DNA of 20,000 nucleotides from Perkinsus olseni (Eukaryota): NCBI GenBank assembly GCA_013115125.1, contig JABANN010000111.1, positions 50,172 to 70,171 of the forward strand, read 5' to 3'. Shown piece by piece: positions 10,456 to 19,455 of this stretch (position 1 is its first letter; each line of letters starts with the position of its first letter). The notes under the pieces were generated by a model. It saw only the letters and a program-made list of their open reading frames with translations, ran no database searches and was not told where the DNA came from. The position numbers and the translations under genes were made by a program.

Positions 10456-10982
10456 CCATGGTGCATGCTATCAGGTATAGAGGAGTGATGGTTGTGGTTG
10501 GTAGTGAGGCCCATGGCCCATCAGCAGAGCTCCTCGAGTGCTGTACGAGAGTGACTTCACCGATGTCAATGGTGAGGAGTGATGCCGACGATCGTGACTG
10601 TGGCTCCTCAGGCCGCTGACTCCCTAAATGCCTCCATAGCTGGCGGTGTGCTGCTATATGACATCGCTCTACGTCTCCAGACGGAGGAAGGCCTCGGCCA
10701 ATAGCATGTTTCTGATAAGTTTCTGATCTTGCTGGATACAGTTGTTACTCGGGCTGGTCACTGAAAGTATTTTTTGTCGAGCTGAGCAAGGTAAGAGTTA
10801 TCGTGACGGAGTCGATACCGATGGAATCAGAAACGGCTGCTCCTCGACATACTCGAATAATTGAACAGTACAGAGTATCTTCGGAATTATTCAATCATCA
10901 CCCTATCCTCGAAGACTCTAGTTGGCGCTCTGAGATAGGTCTCTGTATCCTCACACCGTGTCCAGGAGGTAATAGCATCACG

Positions 10983-11268
10983 ACCACCAAAATGGCATAA
11001 TGGGGAGAGTGAGTGGTTGACACGCATTCCCCCCCAGGTTCGAATCTTGGTGGGTGCACCTCGGTGCGAAAAGCGGGCCTGCAGTCCAATTACCCCCGCC
11101 GCAAGGCAGGTGGCCCGGGCAGCACTGCCTTGCGATAGGGTTGACAAAAAGCGGTCTAACCGTCGGTGTCACCGACTCGGTGACCACAACGGTCACTGCG
11201 ACCTGTGGTCGGCTGGACTACAGCCCTGGTACTGATCGTATGATCACACCTGGCCTGAAGCAAAAAAA
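10983..11268 (+). mobile_element. tRNA-derived SINE (about 286 bp) inserted antisense into the LINE
   Basis: A box TGGCATAATGG (10993-11003), B box/T-arm ccagg-TTCGAAT-cttgg (11034-11050), A8 run (11262-11269), direct repeat agcatcacg at 10974-10982 and 11269-11277; absent from the sister LINE copy near 388. Confidence 0.75.
11162..11183. repeat. 22-bp 7+8+7 scar (inside the SINE)
   Basis: gtcggtg-tcaccgac-tcggtga. Confidence 0.9.
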
Positions 11269-12301
11269 AGCATCACGGTGATACGAACGCTGTCAGCAAC
11301 TCCTAACTGGGTATTTGACGAGATCCCTAGTCGAGCATGCGAGCCCTCTGCCTGGCCCCCGTCCGAAGGCAATTGCTTGGGCGTGAAATGACGAGCTGTT
11401 CCGACGGAGATAGTGCGAGCGGGTCGGTCCCTCGTGAAACGTAATGGTGCCATTCGGCACTGATTATTCTCTAAGTAATCCCTTAGACACTACAGAAGTC
11501 ACTTCTGTCGACCCCGGTCATCACTTCTGAGAAGTGATGACCGTGTCGTCAATGCCCGTGTGTGTGAGTTTGAAATCCAACGCCTACAGTATGGCCAAAC
11601 TCAGACCCTTGTTGAACAAGGCTTGTTTCCGGGCCACGAGTTTATAGAGACAAGTACAAAGACATTAGTTGACATTTTGGGGGTCGATTACAGACAGCGA
11701 CTACAAAACCCCTACAATAAGCCGTCCGGAAGTGGGAGCAGTTCACGTGGTTTGGAGGTCGGAGGGGTACATGCTAGGATCCATGTATGTTGCAGGGGAA
11801 GGAAGAATGAAGGGAGTAGACTAACACGACACTCGCCGGGGACTTCTGAAGAGAAAATAATGAAGGGAAAAATGAGCCGAGCAGAGTCGGGTGACAACTA
11901 TGACAGCTGGAAGAAAGTAATAGACCCGATACCTGTTGCGTGCGTCAGTTGACTCTAACACGAAAGTGAAGGGAGGCGCCAAGAAAGCCTTGAGTATGCG
12001 TGCAACCGTGTAGGCAGCATAGCCAACGGCAAAGCAGTGCAACTGCAGAGACAACACTGAGGATGCCATTCTCAGCCCTCAGCATCATCATACATAAGAG
12101 ACATCACAGCAGCGATACTCAGTAGCTCAATCACTTATGAATGAGCCGATAACGACTGCGTATGACAGGGTGTTAGGGGAGTCGTAGGAGTACTAGCGAT
12201 AGTAGGACCAGTCCACGATAGGCCGGAGAGAGCCGAGATATGAAAAGGGGCAACTACGAGAATAGCTAACTCGTAAAGATCGATCAACTCCATAATATGG
12301 A

Positions 12302-12369
12302 GTTCCGGAATCCGGATACAGTCCGATACAGCGTGTTACGGTTCCGGAACAGGTTCCGGATTCCGGAAC
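12302..12369. repeat. inverted repeat / cluster of TCCGGA palindromes
   Basis: gttccggaatccgga (12302-12316) and tccggattccggaac (12355-12369). Confidence 0.75.
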
Positions 12370-12599
12370 CAACTGCTTTGATACGACCCTCCCCTACACT
12401 ATACAGAGAACATACCCAGATCTGCGTCGGTAGCGAGAAAGGAGAACTTGAGCGGATTCGGTTAAGTAGTCTCGTAGACAAATAGGCCAGAGTACTTGCA
12501 GATGTGGTCACGGGGCTTTGGAGTGGTTGCGGGGCAGGGGGTAGGAGGTAAGGTAGTCTTAGAATTACCGCAGACCAGAAGGGCGATAGAGGAGATCGA

Positions 12600-12621
12600 G
12601 GCGATATTATCGCCGCGATAA
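12600..12621. repeat. 22-bp 7+8+7 scar
   Basis: ggcgata-ttatcgcc-gcgataa. Confidence 0.9.
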
Positions 12622-13025
12622 CGCGGAAGATCATGGTCAATAACTGGGCAGCAACCTGCGAAAGGAAATCGGCGATGGTAAGGATGCCACGACACGTTGC
12701 TTCAGTTAGTGTTCACTCTAAACCCCCAAGGACTCCACAAGTCCTCACAAGGAGATACTGTGCTGATACGGTGGTCACGGGATGAGCAGCGACAGTGAAG
12801 CTAGTCCGTCTGTTGCACAAGTCAGAAAGAGCAGACGGCCATACGATCCTGAGCTGATACCAAGATTATAGCAGTATAGGCACCTGAGCATTATAGGTGC
12901 ACTATAACTCAGTACAGTGTGGGTAATTGAGACGGGCTGAGAGAGTGGTAAAAGCTTGAGACTCGAGGGGAGTTGATCGATTATGAGTATTTATAGCGTA
13001 ACTTCTAACCTAGCGTAAGTTCTAG

Positions 13026-13047
13026 CCTAGAAGTTCTAGGCTAGAAC
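13026..13047. repeat. 22-bp 7+8+7 scar
   Basis: cctagaa-gttctagg-ctagaac (within the 29-bp palindrome 13019-13047). Confidence 0.9.
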
Positions 13048-14385
13048 GCATGCTCAGAATACCGCTGAATGAGATCAGACGGTTATCTGAGATCCATGGT
13101 ACGCAGTAGCAATTGACGTACTTGCAGCGATGATGATCTAACAGCCGAGAAGCACTGAACCAGGTGACAGCTGTTACATAGCGTATAGTCGTCGGCAAAT
13201 TGCCACCATAGTGCAAGCGTAATAGGGTGGGAAGACAGCTGCTCATTCGTCTGTAGCGTGACATGCTGACCGTGTCACCGTTGTGAACGCAAGAACATGG
13301 TGTCACTCACCGCCATAACAAAAGAGAACTACAACTCTTTCACGGACTTCCCAAGAACGAGAAGCGTGCTCAATTACGTCGGCATAGCAATCATGAATGA
13401 AACACGTCGCGCTCCGTACTGAATTGGTCGGGAAATGAATATAGAAGCAGTTTAAGAGATTAGAAAGGGAGACAGCAGGAAGGCATCGAGGTTACAAGTT
13501 AGCGGCCCCAACGTGGGCACTTTTCGGGTCGAACGTAGGCACAATCCTGGCCAACGCCCTGCGAGGGTCGGATTCTGACCGCTTTACACCGTGCCGGTGT
13601 ATCCCAATTCATACAGTTCAAAGTCGAGCAGTGCCGGATTCGGGCAATAGATGAATGCGTTTTACGATTTTGAGGCAGTTTAATCCCGGGCAGTTGAGAT
13701 TGGGGCAGAAACCGTCGACAAAGCGGTACCAATATAGACAGTGGAAACTGGTGTACCCAAATATTCGCTCGCCATACCCCTCGTGCAGTGTCATCCGAGG
13801 CACCACTGAGCGACCCATTCGACCAACTCGAAAATTGAGTGGAGTTCACTGAAACTTCACATATATCACTGTCATACCATCGTGTATTCTCGTAAAGAAG
13901 AAAGACTTTACACATTAGCTCACACTTGATTGTATGGCTATCGTCATACGGTGAATATTTCATCAGAGGATGGGACGGAAGCTTGTTGAGCCTTAGTCGT
14001 AGCAACCTTAGTTGCTACTTTCAAGTGCGGCGCTACGGCTCCTGAGGTACTGTATGTACTTCTCATCCACCAGTCGAATTGGGGTCTCAGCCCAAGACTT
14101 GCCTAGAATTGTATGAGGAAACTAGCGTAAAAGCGGCCGGCCGGGCCCGAAACCTAGTGGCCGAATTGGGAGTTGTCTGTAAAGAAAGTGAACGAGTTGG
14201 AAACTGCCGAGTTTAAACTGTATGAGTTGGGATACTACCCGCGGAGTTCTCTCGAAGCGGATAACCCGAACACCCGAACTGAAGGATACTGGCAATGAAT
14301 AAAATTATGTCTTTTTGATGTAGGATTGTCGTGTAGCTGGACGATTCAGGCTCCCCAGTGAAGAAACGGCGCGACACCTCTTAAC

Positions 14386-14407
14386 GCGAGGCGGCCTCGC
14401 CGAGGCC
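14386..14407. repeat. 22-bp 7+8+7 scar
   Basis: gcgaggc-ggcctcgc-cgaggcc. Confidence 0.9.
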
Positions 14408-14540
14408 GTAAGGTAATCTCGTGAACATAGCCCCGTTTCGGCACATTGAAAGAGGCCGACACCATTGCTACTAAACCGCTCCGGCATGACAAGGAGGCCG
14501 CTGTTCAACCCGCTGTCACTACCGCTCGCGACAGCGGCTA

Positions 14541-14635
14541 CGAGCGACCCTTTTCTCATACTACCGGCTTCTCGAGTACTAGCCTAGTACCAAAATATGT
14601 GGAAAACATAGTAGTACAAGGTATGCACAAATTAT
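14541..14635. repeat. short dispersed repeat, copy 1
   Basis: Aligns with 18821-18876 (ccttttct..ggcttctc.agtactag..ggtatgc), with an insertion at the gtactagg site. Confidence 0.7.
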
Positions 14636-14880
14636 ATGCTCAGGCCCCGGTTTTCGGGCCGCGGGTTTGAGGTTTGGTCAAACCCCTTTATGGGATTTCT
14701 TAGTGTGGGAACACTTAATCGTTGTGTCACCAGCCGCTAGCTGTATTTGTGTCTGTATATAAAGATCAGGCTTCTGTCAGTATCACTTACGTCGGGTTGG
14801 GGTCGATTACAGACAGCGATTACAAAACCCCAGTAAGAAGCTGTCCGGAAGAGAGAGCAGTCCACGAGGGTTGGAGGTCG

Positions 14881-14902
14881 GAGGGAGTCTCCCTCAGGGA
14901 GA
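14881..14902. repeat. 22-bp 7+8+7 scar
   Basis: gagggag-tctccctc-agggaga. Confidence 0.9.
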
Positions 14903-15003
14903 CCTTCTGAGGTTTATGCGTTTTGTAGAGGAAGGAAGAACGGAGAGAGTAAACGAACGCGACACTCGCCGGGCACTGCGGAAAAGAGAATAATGAAGGG
15001 AGA

Positions 15004-15025
15004 AGTAAGACTCTTACTGTAAGAG
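15004..15025. repeat. 22-bp 7+8+7 scar
   Basis: agtaaga-ctcttact-gtaagag; empty paralogous site aatacgag at 1438-1445. Confidence 0.92.
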
Positions 15026-15190
15026 ACGGGCAGAATCGGGTGATGGCTTCGACAGCTGGGAGAAAGTAATAGATCGGGTCAAATTAGACCCGATTTCCTG
15101 CATAGTATAGTTATGACGTCGTCATGAGTCGAGCCGTCGGATCGAGTTACTAAAATGAAGCCCTTGGATGCATCATCCGCCTTGATATTA

Positions 15191-15649
15191 TCAATTTCTA
15201 TTATAAGTGTCGACCTTACCACCGGTCTTGGGAACGGTCAGGACACTATAATCTGTCTTGATGCGCATGCCAGTGAGAAGAGTTTTGTCATAGCTGCCAT
15301 GAGAATCACGGATGAGAGGTAGACAACCGTTGTTGAGAGTAATCTCAACCAACCTTCCACCCTGCTTCGCAGTGTAACCACAGGCATAAGATGGATGGGG
15401 CAGGCTTTGGGGTGATGCGCGGTAGAAGGCAACAGTGCCACTCAAGGTCTTGTCAAAATGTACGCCTATAACCGGGGTATTATCTCTGTTGTAGTAGCCT
15501 TCGTCGAATGGGTAGAGTCTCCTTCCAGTAGTATTTGAGGGGTCCTTCTGCGGAGTATCGATACTACCGGTAGCAACACCACCCACGAGGGTGATGAGGA
15601 GCGGCAGCAGCAGCATCACTGCAGTGCGAATGAACGGCATTTTGGCCAT
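15191..15649 (-). CDS. small secreted protein of unknown function (152 aa), paralogue B
   Basis: Intact ORF with signal peptide; about 97% nucleotide identity to 1578-2027. Confidence 0.87.
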   Translation of the reverse strand: MAKMPFIRTAVMLLLPLLITLVGGVATGSIDTPQKDPSNTTGRRLYPFDEGYYNRDNTPVIGVHFDKTLSGTVAFYRASPQSLPHPSYACGYTAKQGGRLVEITLNNGCLPLIRDSHGSYDKTLLTGMRIKTDYSVLTVPKTGGKVDTYNRN

Positions 15650-15739
15650 CGTAGTGTCGAGTCAAAAATGATCAGCTAGCTGATTCGCCAAGCAACTTAG
15701 ACGCTAGAAGTTCTTGCCATCACCTGGTGACACCAGGCT

Positions 15740-16083
15740 GGCGTCACTGTCTCGAACAATCCAAGCCGAGCAGTTGGAGGGTCCTCAAATGGTCGCTACT
15801 ACTCGCTATCGATCCGAGGTGATGATGAGATATGCCAGCAGGTCCTACTTAGGTGTCCTCCGATGCTTGTGGCCAGGCCACAGTGGCCTGGCGCGTGACT
15901 GTCGTTACCCCACGTGCCTTGTCTCCGATTCTCAAACGCCTCCGATAGTCGGCAGATCCTCAGTGGTACCATCAGGTGAGTAAGGCGGGCGGAAGATGTC
16001 GCTGTTGAGTATCACATTTCCCTCTCGTGAAGCCGATCGGCTTCACCTCGGCCATGGCTGATGTGCCGACGCTGTTTCCGAGT
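15740..16083. repeat. dispersed repeat, copy 2 of 4905-5290
   Basis: Direct nucleotide similarity as given for copy 1. Confidence 0.8.
15868..15889. repeat. 22-bp 7+8+7 scar
   Basis: tgtggcc-aggccaca-gtggcct; unexpanded paralogous site near 5090-5097. Confidence 0.92.
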
Positions 16084-16617
16084 TGGGGACACCTCGAGCA
16101 TGGGGGAGACTCGCGATCTGACAAACCCTCGCCCACACGAAGTCTATTGCGTCACCCCCACCCGGATTCGGGGGACCCGTCGTCGGGTTTCTTTGCCTCC
16201 AAGATAGAACTGTTGCCAGCAACATAAGAATATGGGACTTTCATAGTGAAGTAAATACCGGAAGATTTTATCAGTGGCCAAACCGGGACGGAAGGGGACA
16301 GGATTTGTGTGCTAGCGACATCGGTTAGAGCACTAGCCAGGATGGAGGGAGTTCCTCGCAATACTGATCATCGCCAAGCTGTAGTATTCGCGTACATGGT
16401 ATTTCGTTCTTGACGAAAGAGAAGCGATTATTGTGTTTGCCGCGTGTATTGCCGATCATTGTGTCTCCAAGATACCGCGGTCATAGCCGGACGAGGCGCG
16501 GAGGGTGTTTCCCGTCTCAGCAAAAGAGGACGTCGTGGCTAGCTTCAAGTCCACTCGCCTTTCTTGATTTATAACGATTTGAGCGGCTCTGCAGGCTCTG
16601 CGTGAGCAGGTCAATCC

Positions 16618-16639
16618 CACCCAAGTTGGGTGACCCAAC
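16618..16639. repeat. 22-bp 7+8+7 scar
   Basis: cacccaa-gttgggtg-acccaac. Confidence 0.9.
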
Positions 16640-17047
16640 CCACTGATCGAGACTACGAGTCGCGGCCGCCGCCCCGACTCCCAAAATGGGAGTCCCAACT
16701 CCCGTAGTCAGCGGTGTCATTCCTGTCAATAATTTCTTGACCATCCATGCTGAGTGTATACGATACATGCTTCATCAGGTACCGGTTATTTGTACTCTAG
16801 TAACGAAACAGTACAACTTCAAGTTTAGTACTTACTGTACTTTCAAACTTGCACTTGTGAAGTACTTAACTGTACTTTATAGTGCTTAGAATACAGCATT
16901 CGAGGGTCGCCATGAGGCTCGGGATGGCGGTGATACAGTGCAACGCTGGAGAGGTTTGCCCACCCACCTTGGCAGCCTTGGGTCTCGACTACCATCACGG
17001 AGCGCGAGGAGGCCAAGAGCTATGCGTTTGCGCCTTTCCGAACCAAG

Positions 17048-17262
17048 AATGCCATCTTCACGGATGGCTCGGACCGAGCCGCTCGGTGGTCAAAGAAAAG
17101 ACCGGCGCTGCAATGGTGCTTTACCGTGGGGGTGCAGAGATTCATTCCAATTTCTGGAAGCTCTTTCCATATGCCACTATCACCTGTTGTCCAATCGGGT
17201 ACCTGGGCACAGCTCAATTAGTGCCAATGAGAGGACCGACGAGTTAGCAGCCAAGGGCGCCT
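17048..17262 (+). pseudogene. RNase HI domain remnant, typical of non-LTR retroelements, internally deleted
   Basis: AIFTDGS (17051-17071), TGAAMV, and RVPGHSSISANERTDELAAKG (WVPGHxGxxGNExADxLA motif) in three different frames; the central E/D helix region is missing. Confidence 0.8.
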
Positions 17263-18820
17263 CCCATGGTGGAAATCTCTGCGAGGCCGGAGATCAGTGA
17301 AAGGACTCTTCGGCGATATCGAGGTGAGGCTGGCCGTCTTTTGCTACGTAAGTGGTGAAAAAGAGCCAGCCTCGGCACTTCTGTCAATGGCTTCTTTTAC
17401 TGCGCTTCCCTCGCTCGTCTGTGGATCCGTGGTGGAATCATGGCAGCTAGCAATGCTGTTGTATTCGGAAGGGACCATACCCCTGCCCACCATTACAGGT
17501 GTGGGGTAGGCAACTCGCCACAGCGTGACTGTGGAGCGCCAGTGGAGAACACTAGACACTACCAGGTAGACACTACCTCCTCTCCTGTCCGCTCTTAGAG
17601 CAGGCCAGAAAGAGGGTTAAAGGTGGTGTGCCCTACCATTTATATAAGATTGTTGTTGATTCGAAGAGGAGCAAGTCCTTCAATCAACTCTGTTTGGCCC
17701 TCATGCAGTATCTTGATGCTCGCAGGGGCTTGGTGTGCTGGCGGGTAGGCACAACCAAAATGCTTGTGCCTGCCCGCCAACCAAAATTTGGTTTTCCCGC
17801 CACTGTTTTCGTGAGAGCTTCCTACCAAGAGGCCCCATTGAATATTCTCTCAAAAAAACCAAAGCAAAACAGAACGGCAGCTCGGGCCAACGCTGAAGGA
17901 CCGCCCGACAGCAGCAATGAAGCAGGGATGAAGGCCGCGAGGATGGTGAAGGACGAAGAAGAAGACGGTCGAAGCCTTAGAGCGGGAAGACGTGACAATA
18001 AAATCACCTATTGCTCGTATTAAGGACAGTGACAATCGAACACAGCACTTCAGTTTTGCAATAACTCGTTGCATGATACACCCCATCTGAAGGAATTCGC
18101 CCTAATAGTCACCGATCCCAATGAGCACTATTTGTGCCAAGTTGGGGCCTCGCAAGTTGGTTGTTACCACCGCTATTGGTTATTCAACTTCATGACAGTT
18201 TGAGCCTCGCAGAAGCACAGGTCATCTCAGGGCGGCGGAGGTATATTCTTTTACTATAGCCTTCATGAAGACTCATTGATTAAATATGTCGTTTTCGTCT
18301 CATGCGATGACAAACTCGCGAGTATTGAAATTCCGAAACTCCCAGACGAAAAAGGCGGTTGAGGAGGCCCAGGGCGGTTTCCGCGAGTCCTATTACGGCT
18401 CGAACGAAAACCGCTACACTGGGTTGAGTTCATTCTCGTGAGAAAATCCTCACTTCCAGAATGTTGATAGCACAGCGTCGCGATGGGTGATCAAGTTCCA
18501 CTATGCTAATATCCTAACCGTTAGGGCCTGTTGTCGCAGAGGGGACGCAACCAGCATTTTAGCGAGGAGAACTACCGTTGTTTTCTTTAACGCGGGTACT
18601 TATGGAATGAAGGCCGTGAGACCGTTCCGCTGATATGGAAGCGTGCGAAGTGTAGCAATCTCTTCGCGCACGAATGTGCCATTGAGGATGAGGGATTTGG
18701 GTATACATCACCATACAACACACATCAAGTGGGACAGAGCATTCATAACTCTTCCTCGACTCGAGAATGTTTCCGTCTCCCAAAAAATTGCTACCACGAA
18801 ATGAGCGCCAGTGTGTCACG

Positions 18821-18876
18821 ATGAGCAAACCTTTTCTGACACCGCAGGCTTCTCAAGTACTAGGTATGCTCATATT
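18821..18876. repeat. short dispersed repeat, copy 2 of 14541-14635 (empty site)
   Basis: Single gtactagg at 18858-18865. Confidence 0.65.
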
Positions 18877-19025
18877 TCTCTTACGTTGCCGATCTATGAT
18901 CATATTCAGTCTAGACTCTGGAACATAAGCGCGAGTACTGCGCGAGCGTGGACCTTGTGGCATAAGGTAGGTAGGGGACTTGTGCCACAAGTACTGTGAA
19001 ACGTCACTTCGCTGGAAACCGACTC

Positions 19026-19455
19026 TGTTGCCCATCATCCGACGTGATGCAGAGTACGGCATCAACGTAACAATGACGGCCATTGCATGACCGAGCTGCC
19101 TACCGAAAGCTGTGTTAATTCACTCTACCCGGTGAAGGGTTTATTAGCCGAGACCGCACCAATACCGTTGGCCCAGCGCTGGCAACGTGTAGGCGAAAGC
19201 TTGCTTCCCGTCAGTTGTCTGTTATGAGAGATCCTCCAGTCTAAGGCGACTCTCGCAGTAAGAGCACTAGTCAGACGCTCGTTAAGTCCTCCTGATAAGT
19301 GATGGATATAGTCCCACAGCTGGAGTATCGTACCCCCGCTCGATACTCCACACGTCTGAGCATGAAGGCATGCCAGTCCAATAGTAGCGGTTCCGGGTTG
19401 AAATTTACAAGTAATGCAGCTGCCACATGGATACGCGGAGAGATTTGCAACTTCG
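19026..19455. repeat. dispersed repeat, copy 2 of 2767-3120
   Basis: Direct nucleotide similarity; lacks the scars seen in copy 1. Confidence 0.8.

Larger units (their letters stand above)
8131..11940 (-). mobile_element. near full-length, inactivated RTE-clade non-LTR retrotransposon (APE + RT, A-rich tail)
   Basis: Minus strand: KSDHRLI (APE end, about 10325-10305), QCGFRKSQST, DWQRAFDKLDR, GVKQGDVWSP, FADD (8949-8938), RIRTARAA..L..IW, LFHGSE, R*xGHLLR, GRPRQTW; the stop at 8152-8154 runs into an A-rich tail (T-rich on + at 8130-8153). The 5' limit is inferred from sister copies. Confidence 0.88.
14786..15101 (-). mobile_element. isolated 5' leader of the same RTE-like family (third copy)
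   Basis: Aligns with 11675-11940 and 1325-1499 (ggggtcgattacagacagcga..aaacccc, cgacactcgccggg, gacagctgg). Confidence 0.7.

Noticed and set aside
10983-11060. Functional tRNA gene
   Set aside because: The acceptor stem does not pair properly and the anticodon arm is broken; it is followed by a body, A-tail and TSD, so it is called a SINE head.
13499-14005. 168-aa minus-strand ORF
   Set aside because: Non-ATG start and no recognisable domain; cannot be supported.
15852-15902. Apparent gag CCHC zinc knuckle (VLRCLWPGHSGLARDC)
   Set aside because: The His and the spacing come from the 22-bp scar at 15868-15889; the paralogue at about 5075-5110 lacks them.
57-16639. Palindromes as rho-independent terminators, operators, REP elements or CRISPR repeats
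   Set aside because: They share no sequence, have 1-nt loops, no U-tails and no regular spacing, and the context is eukaryotic.
17628-18086. Overlapping ORFs on both strands
   Set aside because: No motif or codon evidence identifies a coding strand; may be decayed exons but cannot be supported.
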